Virus record (IMG/VR): IMGVR_UViG_3300017963_000011 | Coordinates: 41,135 to 105,134 of that record | From: a virus | Length of the DNA stretch: 64,000 nucleotides | Direction: 5' to 3' (one strand) | Shown here: one piece after another, positions 62,575-64,000 of the stretch | Layout: each line of letters starts with the position of its first letter | Numbering within the stretch: position 1 is the stretch's first letter | Notes under the pieces: generated by a model | Database searches by the model: none | What the model was told of the DNA's origin: nothing | The model's input: the letters and a program-made list of their open reading frames with translations, nothing else | Made by a program: the position numbers and the translations under genes

Positions 62575-64000
62575 ATACGCCCGCAAGCATGCAGCCGGCC
62601 GCCGAAAGGCGGCCGGCTCTCTTTATACGCGCATGCCCGCGCCCGCCGTCTTTATTCCCCCTTTATGCGCATGCTTTATATACGCATACGCCCGTATATA
62701 AGGCAAGGAATCCCTACCTTTTCTTCGCACACGCGGGCGCTTATACGCTAGTAATATACATATACGAGCCCGCTTATACATGTATAAGCGTCTATGCGTG
62801 CGCTACTGTACACACGCACGCACGAAGGAAACGGCTCGGCACGGCTGGCAGTATGGCCACGAGGAGGGCCGCAAACGGCCCATTTTGGGCCGATCGGCCT
62901 TCGGCCCTTGCATCGGTATGGCTCGGGCGTATATCGGGCCGGATTCGGGCGCTTAGGGGCTCGGCTTTCTCGTCAATCTCTCGGGCTCGGCTGAACCTTC
63001 CCGCACGCACGCGCGCATGTACGCGTGGCGATCCGAAACATGGCATGCTGGCCAGTGTAGCGCTACCACGAGACGGCGGCCCGGCTTGCGGCTGACATGG
63101 CAAGGCGGCGGGCTCGGCGCTGGCTTGTCAGTCTCGGCGCCGAGAATGCGGCGGCTGACAAGTCAAGGCGCGGGCGTGCTACTGTCAACGCTGTCATATC
63201 AAGCACGTATCCCTTTACTGGCGCGCGTTTCGGCATTGACATGACAACGTTGCCAGTATGGCGCGGCTGACAAGTCAACGCGCAAGAGACGGGCACGGGC
63301 GGGCGTGTGTAGCGTATAGCGCGGGCGCCCGATTCCTTTCCTGGCGCGGGCGCGGGCGTGTGTAGCATATACCACGGACGCGGGCGCCCGTCGACGGGCG
63401 CGGGCGTCTTGCGCGCTCCGTGTGGCCTACCGGGAAACGTTAGACGTATACGTACGAGGCGGCCCACTCCCACGCAGATTTTTTTCAGAAATCCTGGACG
63501 ACCGGAATTCCGTGGTAGCGCTACCACTCGATGCGACTTTGCGCATCGAGTACGACGGTGGTACAGGCTACCAATGGTAGCTGCAACATCAGAAATAAAG
63601 CCGAGGGCCGCCTGAAATCTCAGTATCAAAAAGGTTGCAAACGTATGTGTACACGCTACATTGTGTACATATTACATCGCAAAATGTACCGAGAGCGACT
63701 ACAAAAGTGCGCGTTTTATCCGCTTTTCGCTCATAACAGCGTATTTCTTATTGATCTCTATGCCGATGTAGCGCCTGCTCAGAGAGCAAGCAGCGAGTCC
63801 TGTAGTACCTGCGCCAGAGAATGGATCTAACACGATGCAAGGTACGGTTTCTTCGGTATCGCATGCGCACATCTGCTGCCAGCCTAGTGTGTGATAATCT
63901 GCTACTCCGCGGGTTACGGTCTCGTCTAGTGCTTCTCGTTTGCCTATTTCTCTGAAGCCAGATGCTACCGGGCCTTTGCGTGTAGAGGACTTCCGTTCAA

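Larger units (their letters stand above)
28916..63145. repeat. Dispersed 14-bp palindrome TCTCGGCGCCGAGA (at least 22 exact copies)
   Basis: Starts at 28916, 35267, 38803, 41629, 44252, 45257, 47079, 48036, 48510, 49203, 50367, 51206, 52087, 52693, 53214, 54883, 55289, 56497, 59111, 60797, 61827 and 63132; one-mismatch copies at 21226, 51845 and 56128. Confidence 0.95.
2994..63526. repeat. Dispersed palindrome (TG)GTAGCGCTAC(CA) (at least 22 copies of the 10-mer)
   Basis: 10-mer starts at 2996, 8583, 11450, 14483, 16745, 21243, 26820, 29999, 32727, 34255, 35420, 39784, 42732, 46223, 52343, 53803, 55220, 58158, 60253, 62115, 63057 and 63515. Confidence 0.95.

Noticed and set aside
53185-63830. 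Many overlapping Arg/Ala/Pro-rich ORFs in the GC-rich zone (for example 54144..54833, 55731..56453, 59085..60008, 60321..61100)
   Set aside because: They run through repeats, promoters and terminators, lack the shared RBS, and reflect the scarcity of stop codons in GC-rich DNA.
1-64000. Genome-wide stop-codon reassignment
   Set aside because: Conserved genes are full length in the standard code, and TAA, TAG and TGA all end genes with tight coupling. Only one suspicious in-frame TGA (54609) was seen.

Overview
The window is part of a large tailed dsDNA phage genome using the standard genetic code, with four zones. (1) 1-13.8 kb, + strand: tail/baseplate and fibre genes, then a lysis cassette with an M15 peptidase endolysin, a holin-like gene and an unusual response-regulator-receiver/membrane fusion. 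(2) 13.9-34 kb, - strand: replication and recombination genes (primase, HU-like, split SbcC/Rad50, SbcD/Mre11, resolvase-like nuclease, DnaB, HIRAN, RecA, SSB-like, UvsY-like, family B polymerase), a cluster of one normal tRNA and several tRNA-like RNAs, an Acb2/Tad1-like protein, a phage sigma factor and an SNF2 helicase. (3) 34-53 kb: mostly small - strand accessory genes (JAB/RadC, AAA ATPase-DUF1257-DUF2997, methyltransferase-like), punctuated at gene junctions by the 14-bp palindrome TCTCGGCGCCGAGA. (4) 53.3-63.5 kb: a GC-rich array of modular expression cassettes. It has eight near-consensus sigma-54 (-24/-12) promoters, six of them in divergent pairs around repeated enhancer-like dyads, plus a shared RBS, shared terminators and five 104-105 bp elements in alternating orientation. 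A second palindrome, (TG)GTAGCGCTAC(CA), recurs across the whole window. The strongest candidates for undescribed biology are the sigma-54 cassette array with its dyads, the two dispersed palindrome systems, the REC-holin-like fusion, SD-minigene RNAs and the remodelled tRNA-like RNAs. All family assignments come from motifs recognised by eye, and all motif counts are by-eye minimums; no searches were run.
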